A stretch of DNA of 64,000 nt from Macrostomum lignano (taxonomy: Eukaryota). Positions 45,101 to 57,685 of the stretch are shown piece by piece. A program made the position numbers and the translations under genes. A model generated the notes under the pieces. That model saw nothing but the letters and a program-made list of their open reading frames with translations, was not told where the DNA came from and did not search any database. Location: assembly GCA_002269645.1 (NCBI GenBank), contig NIVC01000068.1:681480-745479 (forward strand). The letters are read 5' to 3'. Numbering within the stretch: position 1 is the stretch's first letter; every line of letters begins with the position of its first letter.

Positions 45101-48100
45101 TTGCTATCCTTAGAAATCCCTATTTGGCACCCTTAGAAATCCCTATTTGGCACTCCTAGATTCATAGAAATCCCTATTTGCTATCCTTAGAAATCCCTAT
45201 TTGCTATCCTTAGAAATCCCTATTTGCTATCCTTAGAAATCCCTATTTGCTATCCTTAGAAATCCCTATTTGCTATCCTTAGAAATCCCTATTTGGCACC
45301 CTTAGAAATCCCTATTTGGCACTCCTAGATTCATAGAAATCCCTACTTGGCGCCACTTCGAATCTCTGTTTAGGCACCTGTTACTGTTCAGTGCCAGTGA
45401 GTGTTGCTAACCAAATTCCCCAAAACCAACAAAACCCCATCTGCAGTTGCCAGGCAGTTCGCACAACCCCGACTGCATCGATCATTCCGAATTGCAACGC
45501 TTAGTCGAGTCGGACTCTGGCGAAGGTCGAACTCCGCTATTCGTGCAGGCCATGTGCGGCACCCGCCTGACCGGCTCCTATGATCGGCTGGGCCGCGTGG
45601 CCGCCATCTGTCGGCAGCACCGGGTCTGGCTGCACGTTCAGGGCTCGAAGCTGTCCCAGCTGGCGCTAAACTCTGTACCAACTAGTTTGAGACCGTTGCT
45701 AGGCGGCAGCTCGGCTGTCTCCTCCTGTCTGATGGAGTTCGACCAGTGGCTGGGCTATCCGGGTCTGGTCAGCGCCACTGTGCTGCGGATTGCTAGGGAC
45801 GGCTCTCTGCTGCACAAGGTGAGGAAAGAGTAGCTACCGCCTGAGCTCCCTGACTGATTTGTGAATGATCTGGATAGCAACTGGGTGAGTAGCCGTGACT
45901 GATTTGTGAATGATCTGGGTAGCAACTGGGTGAGTAGCCCTGACTGATTTGTGAATGATCTGGGTAGCAACTGAGTGAGTAAGCCTTGGCTGATTTGTGA
46001 ATGATCTGGGTAGCAACCGCCTGCATGATTTAAAGAAATTGAGATACCCTAATTATACGTACAATAATTCGTAATTAGAATAACCTAAATATTGCAATAC
46101 AGGTTAGAAATATAGCTAATTTCCTATAGTAGCGCAGATAGGAAGTTAAATATATATTGAGACAACACAAACTAACTTGAATAACTTGCAGACAACAGAT
46201 GAAGACGAAGCCTCCGCTACCAAAGCCAATAAGCATAGTGACAAAAGAACCACAGAAGCTGCGACGCCAAGCAACAACGACAAGCCAAAAGGCGAAGAAG
46301 AAGAAGAAGAAGAGCAAACTGAGCAGCAATTCGGGCAGCAGAGGAAGCAGCAGCCGCTGACAGCCCCGGCCGATATTCGCTGCCTATCCTACCAGCCAAT
46401 GTCTCTCCTGCCGCTCTGGTTCGTCCTGCAAGCGATCGGCTACGACAATATCCAAGCTCGAGTCCGCAATGTCGAACAGACGGTCAAAGCCACTTTAACG
46501 GCGCTAAAAACAGCGCCAGACATTGAACTGATAGAGCCGCAGTCTCTATCCGACAATGACCGAGCAGATATCAAAGCCAATAGCAATCTGCTAGGCCAGA
46601 TGCTGAGCTTTCTGATTGATTTTGAATTCGCGCCAACTGTTCTGCTGTTCCGGTATTGTCCGCCCGAGCAGCGCTGCGAACTGGCTATTGATAGCGGTGC
46701 TAATGAGGATAAGGTGGCTAATAAGGCCATTAGCGCAGCTAAAAGTACAAACCAGGCCAGGGCGCCCTACGCGCGCATCGGCAGTGACCGGCGAAATAGC
46801 GGCGATGCTCATCATGAGCAGGCTAAAGATAAAACTGATGAGGAAGCTGCAGAAGCTGCGGAGAACTCGTCTAAACCTGCCCATGATGATTCTGAAGACG
46901 CTCAGGAAGAGGTGAAGAAAATTGTGCGAGTATTTTGACCAGGATAATCTCACTAGAGAGACCCAGGTTAATCTCCCCAAGAGATATCCAGGATAATCTC
47001 CCTTAAAGATACCCAGGATAATCTCACTGGAGGTACTCAAGATAATCTCCCCCAGAAATACCCGATATAATCTCCTCTAGAAATACCCGAGATAATCTCC
47101 CCAGAAATACCCGGGATAATCTACCCTAGAAATACCCGGGATAATCTCCTCTAGAAATACCCGAGATAATCTCCCTTCAGAAATGCCCGAGATAATTTCT
47201 CCTAGAAATACCTGGGATAATCTTCCCTTGATATACCTTTGATAATCTCCCCAGAAATACCCGGGATAATCTCCCATAGAAATACTCTGGATAATATTCT
47301 CTGGAGATACACGGGATAATCACTTCTAAAGTATCTGCTCACTCAAGCTACAATGAGCGCCCAATCAATCAATGGATTCTTTCAGCGCTTGCAGCAGCAA
47401 CTGGCCCAACGCCGTCTACTAGGAGAGAATCGCTGGCTAGTGGACAGCCTCCGCTCAGCGCTGCCTCATCTGCAGTCTCTGTCCGTCATCAAAATTCGCC
47501 TACGTAACGGAGATAGTGAATCGAACGCCTCCAGGTACTGCATCCGGTTCTGCCCGATCGAGTCGTGCGCCGACTGGCTGCCAGATCACGTTGACGGCCT
47601 GGCCGAAGCTCTGAGCAGTTCGCTTCGCCTGCTCGACTCTACTAGGCGAGCTCGATCGGAGTTTATAAAACTGGCCGAGGCTAGCGAAGGCCGATTGATG
47701 TACGTTGACATGCCCGACTGGCCTGGCCTTGGCGGCCTGCGCTATCGGCTTAGGCCGGAGGATTTCGGCGATGAAGATGAAGAGGAGAAGCAGCAGAAGG
47801 AGGCTGAGACGGCAACTGGCGGCCCGACTGTTGAGGATGTCGGCGAGGAAAAGGTTGGTTTAATTTTTTTTTAGTTTATTTCTCTCACTATGCTACTACC
47901 AATAGTTGCAGTTTGCTAAATAATATATTGAGCGTTAAAGTGTATCTTAATTTAAATTAAAATTTACTGTCATAATTCTAGGTTCAATCCTTACTTCCGG
48001 CGACTTGTTCAAGCTGCAACCTTAGCTTACTTCTGGTAGCTAGTTCAAGCTGCAACCCTTAGTTCCGTCACTAGGGCAAGCTACAACCATACTTCCGGTT

Positions 48101-48893
48101 ACTAAGGCAGGCTAACCCTACTTCCGGTTGCTAGTTCAAGCTATCTTACGGCCCTTACTTCCGGTCACTATTGCAAGCTACAACCCTTACTTCTGGTCAC
48201 TAGGGCAACTTACATCCCTTATTACCGGTCACTAGGGCAAGTTACATCCCTTATTACCGGTCACTAGTGCAAGCTACAACACTTACTTCCGGTCACTAGT
48301 GCAAGCTACAACACTTACTTCCGGTCACTAGGACCAGCTACAACCCTTACTTCCGGTCTGCTTCTAATGACCCCATGCTTCTCTCCTCCCCCTGATTCCA
48401 GCCATTCGTCGCCGCTGACTCAACGCCAGACGTCATCTCCGCCGAGGAAGAGGACGCCGTGAATCGCGACCTCGCCGCCGCCGTCCGCTCCATGGACGCC
48501 GGATTTGCCTGGTGCCCAGAGTCTGGCTGCCTGCGCTGCGGCCTTGTCCCGGAGGACGCCGACCTGCCATCCTTAGTTCGCCGCGTTCTCGAAGCCGGCG
48601 CCGCCGCAGCCGACGCCAGACTGTGCGCGCGCCGTCTAGACGCCCTAGTTCGTCGACGAATTGCCGAGGCGGAATCGGCGCTCAGACGGGAGCAACAGCG
48701 TCGCCTAGCTGAGGCCGGCGCCCTTCGCCAGGTGCCGTTCCTTGACTCGGTGGTCAACTGGCTGTCGCCGCTAGCCAAGGATCCGGCCAAGGACTCAGGC
48801 GGTGCGGCGTTCTCGTTGCAGAGTGGCCGGCTGACATCGACCGAGCTCACCTACAAGTACAAGATGCAAGTGAACGGGGGGCCAAATCTGTGA
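42144..48893 (+). CDS. PDXDC1: Pyridoxal-dependent decarboxylase domain-containing protein 1 homologue; exons 42144-42749, 43403-43657, 45447-45818, 46192-46911, 47332-47853, 48402-48893 (~988 aa)
   Basis: Family-like segments: CQSLAAWLS; FECLFSKPPVIYL; GRTPLFVQAMCGT...WLHVQG...QWLGYPGL; LPLWFVLQAIG; YCIRFCP...YVDMPDWPGLGGLRY; RLAEAGALRQVPFLDSVVNWLSP; FSLQSGRLTSTE. All five junctions are GT-AG, phase 0. The 46911 donor and the 3' end are less certain. Confidence 0.87.
42880..43210. repeat. ~30-bp intronic minisatellite gtaagcttgtaggattgttctacagattct
   Basis: About 10 degenerate units. Confidence 0.9.
43730..45350. repeat. 23-bp intronic minisatellite tagaaatccctattt(ggcaccct/gctatcct), ~70 units
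   Basis: Fills almost the whole of intron 43658-45446; variant units recur as higher-order blocks. Confidence 0.97.
45850..46020. repeat. ~42-bp intronic minisatellite gactgatttgtgaatgatctgggtagcaactgggtgagtagcc
   Basis: About 4 units. Confidence 0.85.
46940..47320. repeat. ~24-bp intronic minisatellite gataatctccccagaaatacccgg
   Basis: About 16 degenerate units. Confidence 0.9.
47990..48357. repeat. 32-bp minisatellite cccttacttccggtcactagggcaagctacaa
   Basis: Period 32 (48281 vs 48313), about 11 units. Confidence 0.9.
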
Positions 48894-49184
48894 CTGATTT
48901 CACTTTTGTATCGATGAGATTTTTTCCTTTGTTTTCCTTTCATTTTACTATTAACTATTCCTCCTAATATAAGTAAAAAAGTTGCTTTGAAATGACTTTT
49001 ACTTTTGCACTATATGATATTAGTAGCTAGCTATAGTACCTATATTACTAGGTAGGTTCCGGTTCAGTGTTAACGGTTAGCTTATAGCTTATGGTATTTC
49101 CGGTCCGTTCAGTTTACTTTAGATTGAAAATTAATTTTTTGACGTACCCATCTATAGCTTGATTTTTAACTTCCGGTTCATAAG

Positions 49185-49692
49185 TTTATGTTATAGTTTA
49201 ACTTCCGGTCCATAGGTTTTAGGCTGTAATATATGAATAACTTCCGGTCCATATGTTCAGGTTGTAATATAACTTCCGGTCCATAGGTTCAGGCTGTAAT
49301 ATAACTTCCGGTCCATATGTTCAGGCTGTAATATAACTTCCGGTCCATAGGTTCAGGCTGTAATATAACTTCCGGTTCATAGGTTCAGGCTGTAATATAA
49401 CTTCCGGTTCATAGGTTCAGGCTGTAATATAACTTCTGGTTCATAGGTTCAGGCTGTAATATAACTTCCGGTCCATAGGTTCAGGCTGTAATATAACTTC
49501 CGGTTCATAGGTTCAGGTTGTAATATAACTTCCGGTTCATAGGTTCAGGCTGTAATATAACTTCCGGTCCATAGGTTCAGGCCGTAATATAACTTCCGGT
49601 CCATAGGTTCAGGCTGTAATATAACTTCTGGTTCATAGGTTCAGGCTGTAATATAACTTCCGGTCCATAGGTTCAGGCTGTAATATAACTTC
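49185..49692. repeat. 32-bp minisatellite aatataacttccggtccataggttcaggctgt
   Basis: About 15 units. Confidence 0.95.
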
Positions 49693-51010
49693 CTGTCTAA
49701 TTCCTGTAAAATTAACTTTTTTAAAAGCAACTGTAGCATGTCGCCAGTAATTTAGAATTTTAGATATCTACCTGGACATGTTTATTCGTAATAAGTAGTT
49801 CGATTGTATCAATTTTTTAACCATATTTCCTATTTGATGTCTTATATATTCTGCCAGATGTGTCTTAAAATTCCTAACTTCATTTTTTTTATTCAGTAAA
49901 ATTTGTTACATGTATTCCTAACCGCTTTGTCCACGCAATATGATATTTAAAATCATTGATGCTTTTTTGCTACATGCTGTATCTTTCTGTGTTAGCTGGG
50001 TTCTGTGTCTTGGTTAGCTTGTGTTTCTTTACTAAGCTGATCAATAATAACCAGTGTATGGTTGGCCTCAGTTGCACTTTTATTATTGTTTTGTACTGGA
50101 TTTTTCTGGTCACAATCCCATAGGTTTGACTGCGAATGCTTAAAACAGCTGTAAGTAAGGATTTGAATCCTGAAATTCCAGATAACAATTTGTTTTAGTG
50201 CGCGTACGATTGTAGTAATTGGGTTTTCCGGCTTTTTTCTGTATCCACTATCCAGATACTAAGAGAATACGCGTATGTTCTTATTTAACAGAATTCAATT
50301 TTCCTTGTTTATGCCTATTTAATTTGCCTGTGATCTCACAATTCCTTTGCTTTATGGTAATAGAAAATATACAGAACGTGTGTGAGTTTTTAGTAGCTTG
50401 TTAAATTACGTAAGAACACAGGTACGTTAATCGTTTATATTAATTCTGAGTTCCTACTGTTAGTAGGAAGCAAAAACGGTACGGGATTTTAAGTCAACCA
50501 AGACAGTAAACATGACCAAACAAAAGAGAAAGCTGTCGCAAGCAAAGGAGCGCATGTGGAAGAATTGAACGACAATAAACTGGATTGCACCGCGCTTAGC
50601 GAGAAAATCGATAAACTAACATCTTCACCCTCCCCAGGCCACGCACACAGGCGAAGTGGTGGAATTAAAATGTTAAAGTCATTACAGTCAGCGGAGCCGG
50701 GGGTTGAGGTTGGGTTGGGGTTAGCCAGAAAGTCCCTCAATAGCATTCATTCCAATCCAGACCAAGCGCTCGGGCTGGGAGAAGTGTAACGATAATTAAG
50801 TCATCAACTTGGGGAGTGGGTTAGCCAAACAATTAGTCAAAGCGGGTTAATTTAATTGGCGCACAGCTAGGGCAAGGAAATCAGTTTATTTATAACGTTG
50901 CTATAAAATCAGCGTGGGTCAACGATGGATAAATTGATAATGTGAAGAATTGAAGTGGTCGGGGGTTATACGAACCAGCAATTAAATCGATAAATCGATA
51001 ATAGACGAAG

Positions 51011-52661
51011 CAGGGACAACTTAAACTACCGGGACGCAAAACAAGCCAAATCATGGTGAAAAAAGTTGGGGGCTCGTTTGAAAGCAGTGTTCTATGGCCG
51101 TTCCAACTACAACTCTTCAGTCTAAAGAGGTGTGAGGGCAAACAAATAGCCCTCAACTCTTGTGCGACTGTGAAAAATGTCGAGAAAGTGCAGCGTCTTT
51201 AACTGTAGATCAAACTATAACTCAGAAGAAAGCCGAACAACGATATTTGCTCTTCCTTGAGATGCACGAGAACGGGAGCGTTGGAGACAGACCCTACCAA
51301 ATATTTTTGAGGTAAGAAGGATATTAATTCTAAGCCATCGTACGCTGGTATGCGTGGATGAATTTATTACACAAACTAATTGTTAAAAATAACCACTGCG
51401 ATAAAATTTACCATTCTAGACAGTGACTGAACACATGGACATATGCCAAAAGCATTTGCCAAGTGACACCCCATGTTGAAGAATGGTCGATATGAAAGAC
51501 CGAAAGATCTGACTTCTGTCTTCTCTGGCTTTCCATCTTCGTGCTTGATACAGACGGAAAGACAGACAGTTTTTATTGCCCCAAACTTCTCTGTTCGCGC
51601 ATTCATTATGCATACGCCAGTTTTGATTCGAGACTTGCAATAATTGGCAAACTGAATCCAATGGAACCTTAACTATTCAACCGCCAGGTGCAGACAGTAA
51701 ATATATCGGCCAAATGGGTGGACGTGATCCGACTGTACAAATCAGAAGAATATCACGTTGTCAAACGAACGGAATTAGCCCATGAAGCTTGCTATCCTTC
51801 AGTTCAAGCATACACAAAAACGAAGGTAACACTCGCTCTCCAAGTCTTCAATGAAAAGGTTGTTGCAGCACTGAAGTGCGACGGTTCCATAGACACGGCA
51901 GCAGTATAAGTCGTCGGCTTACGAATGTTTATTTTAAAGGCCTGGTAAAGCGCTCATCCAAGGTTGCACCTGCGCCGACTACATCGCACGACAGAAAGCT
52001 ACGCAAACTGGGAGGCCAATGAATTTGCGGTATAGTTTTTAGTATTCTGTCTTTGGAGTTTCAAATTTTTCAATCCGAAATCTTTCATATCTAGCTGCTC
52101 CTTATCTGGGTTCCTCCTAAAATTCGTTCTGTTTAGTCCTGATTTTCTGTGTTCTATTCTACGAGTACGAGTTGCCTTGTACTTTTGTACACACATCATT
52201 TCATGCTTTTAAACTTTTTTCTCTTGTGCTTATCTCACATGCTTAAATATACGTACTTTTCGCTTAGTACCCCAGTTTTTCCTATACAGTATACAGGTCC
52301 CCGTATAAGTTCCTCCTCAAATAAGCTATTCAGTTCCGTTCCACATATATACACCATCCTAAGTTTAAATATTTTCTTCGTGAATATCTCGCGTGTCTAA
52401 TTGTATGTCACTGTGCTCTGTACGGCCATTTTTTAGTACTCAAAAAAAAACAAAAAAACATATTTAAAACTGAATAAAAAAACTTTTAGACAACTTCTGA
52501 ACCTTTTAAAGCAAAAATAATACTGTGGCCTTAGTCTTTTCAGCAGCTAAGCTAAGCATTTAATGCATGAAAAATCGGGCGCCCATAGACTCAAACGCGC
52601 CCCCAACTTTTTTCGCCATGATTTGGCTTGTTTCGCGTCCCGGTAGTTTAAGTTGTCCCTG
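51011..52661 (+). mobile_element. Internally deleted P-element/THAP9-like DNA transposon (1651 bp)
   Basis: 71-bp TIRs CAGGGACAACTTAAACTACCGGGACG...GTTTGA (51011-51081 and 52591-52661, 3 mismatches). Perfect 8-bp TSD AGACGAAG (51003-51010, 52662-52669). Remnant ORF 51688-51909 (KWVDVIRLY...YP...KTKVTLALQVFNEKVVAAL) resembles the P/THAP9 KQKVxLAxQVF region. Confidence 0.78.
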
Positions 52662-54954
52662 AGACGAAGAATATCTGTTCGGTAACGAAATAACTTTTCT
52701 GCAGACTGGCATTAGAGTCGCAGCATGTGCAGCTTAAAGTTAAATGACCAGGCGCAACCGGATTATCCCAGGGCGTCAGGGGTGGCCGGTCGGGGCCGGG
52801 GGTATATTAAATATTTCAATTTGCATCAAGTCTACGAACATCTCGTACTCGTAGCGTTTTTGGTTTATCTCTAATTTACACATTAGAATTTCTGAATGTT
52901 TGAAGTACATGCGGTTATAGTTACATCGGTGACTACTGACTACTACTGTAAAATATATGTAGTTCATATACATATATATGTACGTCTTTAGAAGAGTGAC
53001 AGTGACATACTATTGCAATTATAGTATTACAAAGAAGTTTGCATTTAATGCATATGCATACATGTCTACAAGGGTATGGTTATATTCGTCCGGTAGTTCT
53101 ATTCGTCTACTGTAAAGAGTTTAGAAGTAAAATAGTAAATAGTAAAATAATTGCGCACTGAAGAGCAACTTTTTAAATACTAAATCGTGTCAAAAAACTA
53201 ATTATTTAATATTTTGAAATTTAAAGTATTCTGCTAAAATATAATGGGAAATACCTATATAAATATTTTCACCGGTTTCACCTCCACGAGATGAACCATG
53301 CAGAGGCCTCTTACAAAAATACCCTGCTCAAATCCCACACTGTCGGGCCTAGGCTGTCGGGTCGACCATGCGGGACCGCGTGTCAAATGTATCCCATCTG
53401 TCTGGGCCTGGGATGTTCCTGGCAGGCTGGTCCCCTCCCTTCCCAGCACAATTGCCGGTCAAGATCAAGACACCATAGCAGACGGACGCTCAAGTTCCTC
53501 TGGTACAGTCTAAATTAAATTTTTTAAACCTTACCCAGACAAAAGCAAACAAGCAAAGAACATGCTTCAAATCCAATGAATTTTGGCCACGGTTATTTTT
53601 TATTTCCATCTATCAAGCGCCTGCTATGTCCTAGCTAAATTGCCAATTCTGATCTAAGGGACACATTGCTTTCTGAATTTGTATCGTCTAAAAAACAGAC
53701 CAAAATTACTTCCAGCCCGAAGGGACGGGGTGCATGCCGCAAGTACGTAAAAAGACGAGATTAAGCATGCGCCAGGACCATCCAGAATATTTTCTGCTTG
53801 AGTAAACAGCTGTTGAGTACGAACGCACAATATGTACATGTAACTTCGTTCTTAAATGGATAGCATTTTTTTTTACAAATTAGTTTGCACGCGGAATGTA
53901 TCTACGAGCGTATAATGGTCCCCAGGCCATAAATATTCACACACGCAAAGCCACACGTAGGACATGGAGCTTCGCCCTAAGGAATTCACGAAGAGAAAAA
54001 TTAACTTTTTTATCTGTTGTGACCTTCAAGCAGACAGTTGCTAGCACTCTTCAATGCACAACCACTTTAGCTCATCTTACTCAGGGGACCCAGCTGCAGT
54101 TAATGTACGGAATTATACTCTTATACGGACCCATCCATGCAGAGCCGGCCTAATCTCAACCTATGCAGAACACGACCCATCTACTCAGCCAGCTTGCGGG
54201 CACGTGTCTAGCTAGCCTTGCTGAGCCTGGGTTGTAGGTAGGCCATGAAACCATTCTATTCATGAATGCGTATGCCTTCTCATTTCATTTAGCCGCTTTT
54301 CATTTTACTACAAACCAAATAGAAAATGACGAGCTAACTTACTACAAGAGCACAATGGACGACCATTGTGCTGAGGGCGAGCATGGTAGGGTTCAGATTT
54401 GATAAGACTTTTTCTTTAGTCTCCTAGCGTAGAATTGTCAGAGCTAGACTTCGCCCAACTCGCAAGTTGATGGCGTGACTCATCCCAAGCAAACGAGCCC
54501 CAAACCCTTACCGCGGCGAATTTTTCTGGCAGTGTAATGGCTTGTTGTTAGGGTAAAGTTGGGTCATTGCATGCAGTCCGACTGGCTCTAAGCATGGATC
54601 TTCGTGGCTAATTGCCTTGCCTATACGCCTCCCACACTCCAACACTTTGCTTAAGTAGTTTTTTCTCTTTATAATTTGTTTGGTCTCTTTTAAACTGGCT
54701 GCGCCCATCTTGTGAAATGGCTACAGTACCGTGCTGCAGTGTGGGTATAGGTAGGTATAGGTAGACCAGATTGCACCTTCCCAAGTTCATAGCTATAGAT
54801 TGCTTCTAAACTTTCAATCCACCTCATCTCTTTGGTTTGCAAATCTTGTATATACTTTTAAACGTAACAGCTTAATATAGCAGTTTTCATTTTACCCAAA
54901 AATTCAAGCATTCATTTTAATACACTGAATCATATTCAGCCAATACTTCTACTT

Positions 54955-55150
54955 TAGTCTATGGTCAAACACCGTCTCTATAGTCTATGGTCAAACACCG
55001 TCTCTATAGTCTATGGTCAAACACCGTCTCTATAGTCTATGGTCAAACACCGTCTCTATAGTCTATGGTCAAACACCGTCTCTATAGTCTATGGTCAAAC
55101 ACCGTCTCTATAGTCTATGGTCAAACACCGTCTCTATTGTCTATGGTCAA
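54955..55150. repeat. 26-bp minisatellite tagtctatggtcaaacaccgtctcta
   Basis: Period 26 (54961 vs 54987), about 7 units. Confidence 0.95.
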
Positions 55151-57469
55151 ACACCGTCTCTATAGTCTGTGGCACAGGCGCAGGCAGAGAACTGAATTTA
55201 AGGCAGCAGTTAAATTCAGACAAGTAATATTTGCCTGAAGTCATTGCCTGAGTTAGCAGTGGCTGAACTAATCTATGACCTGAATTCTGTCAAGTGATGC
55301 ATCGTGCAAGCGCTGCTGTTGTGCTGAACTACTGCTAGCTGCTAAGCTTCGTGAAATCGGCTGCACCAGACGAAATCATTCTACAGGATTGGTGTTCCCT
55401 TGGTACTACAGAGAGGATGTCATCACGGTTTCCAAGAGTGCAGCCTGGTTTGCTCACACACTGCGCTTCCTGTCCTGCTGTTTTGCCCGCGAAAACATCT
55501 GATTTGAGCACTCGCACGTGGTCTGACAGTTTAGTCACAGATAAGACTTGTTTGATATGGGCATCGCAAAATGCTAATTGACTTTAATCGCTTGATCACT
55601 TTCTGCACAAATTTTTGTTTAAAATTTAAAATCTGAATTCAACTGCTCCAGGTTTTGGCCATAGACAATTATGGGTAAAATATGATTGGCCTTGCTGAGA
55701 CTTGTTTGACGCTACACTGTACGTTAATCTGCTAAATGGATGGACTACGCCACTGGACGGATATTTCGATTAACTTGTACAGCATTCGACTTGCATTCTT
55801 AATCCATACTTTTATACTTAATACTACTATAAGTATAGAATAATAGTTTAATAGTTTATAGAATAATAAAAGCTCACAGGGCAGAGCGCAATGCGAAGGC
55901 GACGTGCAAGATGCGAAACGCCAAATCAGTGGCGCAACCAGGGGGGGGGGGCGGCCACCGGGCACAATAAGACACTTTCATGAGCATGATGCGTGCGTGT
56001 GGTGGCGCGAGGAGAGGTAAAGAAAAGCTGGGTGGGTATGCGGCTTCAGAACAGAACTTAAAAAAATATTTACAACTTACTCATACTGCTTCTATCTGAA
56101 CAACAGCACAATAAAAATGGCTATGAGAAGTTCACAATTTGATGAGACCACCTGGCCGAAGAAGATTCACTAAACTGGATTGCATTTGAATCTATTAGGC
56201 ATTGCATCGAGCGCCAGCAAACGTCTCGTTTGAAATTGAAAAGCCATAGCTAGCTTTAGCTATCTCCATCCCATTTTGAAAGCATGCATTTTCTATAGCC
56301 CAACGCAACCGACCCGAAAGCTTATATTAATACGAGCTAATGTGGTGTCGGAAATTTCTGGAAATAAAATCCTTTTTGAAGCTATAACAACAAAAGTAGT
56401 GATGACGTAGGTCTCTCGAATTCATTTTCGATTTTTTTAAATAACCTTTTTAAAAAGGCTTTCCATGTTTTGTCCAAGTCTTACTAAATCTGTTTTGGAT
56501 ACAGATTAATGTGTCCCTCAGCCACCTTCTTTTCCCACAATCTGTCTATAAGTAAGCGCTTTGCTTGAACAATCATTCACAGCGAGCGTGGTTTTCTTTT
56601 CTTATACTAATAGCTATTTTTGCCCCTCCGCAACTGGACGTGACGTATGACATAGAGAACACAGAGATATGCAGTGTGACCTGTACAACACCGACAGACA
56701 GAAAAACCAGTTTTCTGGCATGGCATAGCTACCGACTCTTTGCTAACCCATAGCACAGAAGAATTAAGTTGTGTGTGGTGCGGGTCAATTGCCCGACGAG
56801 TTTGAGATGGGTGAGACTCCTGCTGGCTGTTGGTCTTTCTCCCAGCGGTGGCAGTCTTTGAGTAGCCACCTCCTGCTCTACGCCCCGACTAACGCCTAAC
56901 AGCGATCTCCTGGGCGCAGTGCAAACAAACTTGAGGCTGTCTTTTGTAGGCTGAAAGCGCTCTCAACCATTCTGTCTACTCTGCCTCCCACCCCCGGCTT
57001 TAAATCTCTCAATGAAGTCTGAGACATGCAACTGAAAGCAAGGGTTAAAATGGAAGTTTTACGAGCTAGATGCTTGAGATTTACGCGCAGTCTCTTGAGA
57101 CCGGGGCGCGGAGGAGAGGGGAGGGCGCTCCACCCACACAAGCCAGCAGTATAAAAGGCGACCTGTTGCTAATTTGGGAAACTCCGATTAAAGAAGGTCA
57201 TTTTGCGAGAATAAATATTGTTGAAAATATTGATGAGCTGAGTAAGCAAGCATGCGTCATGGTAGTTCGCTGTTTTCATTCAAACTACAATCCCAGAGCC
57301 ACACAAACCACTCATCACTGGTTAGTTTGAAGTTACTCTCCAAAGCAGTTGATTTCAACAGCTGAAGGACCACTTAGCTTCGAAATGCTCGGATTCACAA
57401 AAGGGGCATAGCGGGGCACCAGTCGCAGAAGCGCCACTTTGAGGGCGTCTGGAGGGTCGCTTTCACAAG

Positions 57470-57685
57470 ACCGAAATTTCATAACGCCGAAAAATACTGC
57501 ACGACACTTCACAAGACCGAAACTTCACAAGACCGAAACTTCACAAGACCGAAATTTCACAACGCCGAAAATTCTGCATGGTCCTTGTTATATTAAGTTT
57601 TTAACTTTGTGGAGTTTCGGTCTTATGAGTTTCGGTATTGTAAAGTTTAGTGCTTCGACGTTGTGAAATTGCCGTCTTATGAGTG
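57470..57685. repeat. Small fold-back element: cacaagaccgaaa units facing their reverse complements
   Basis: Units at 57473-57570 versus tttcggtcttatgag-type units at 57614-57683. Confidence 0.55.

Noticed and set aside
43730-45350. CRISPR-like appearance of this and the other 23-45 bp arrays
   Set aside because: Units are contiguous with no unique spacers, there are no cas genes, and the context is eukaryotic.
50489-50790. Short ORFs upstream of the P-like element as a LINE ORF1 or host exon
   Set aside because: No recognisable motif, interrupted by stops, and no supporting splice pattern.
52700-57450. Scattered 60-90 aa ORFs
   Set aside because: No domains, codon bias or consistent splice phases recognised; left unannotated.
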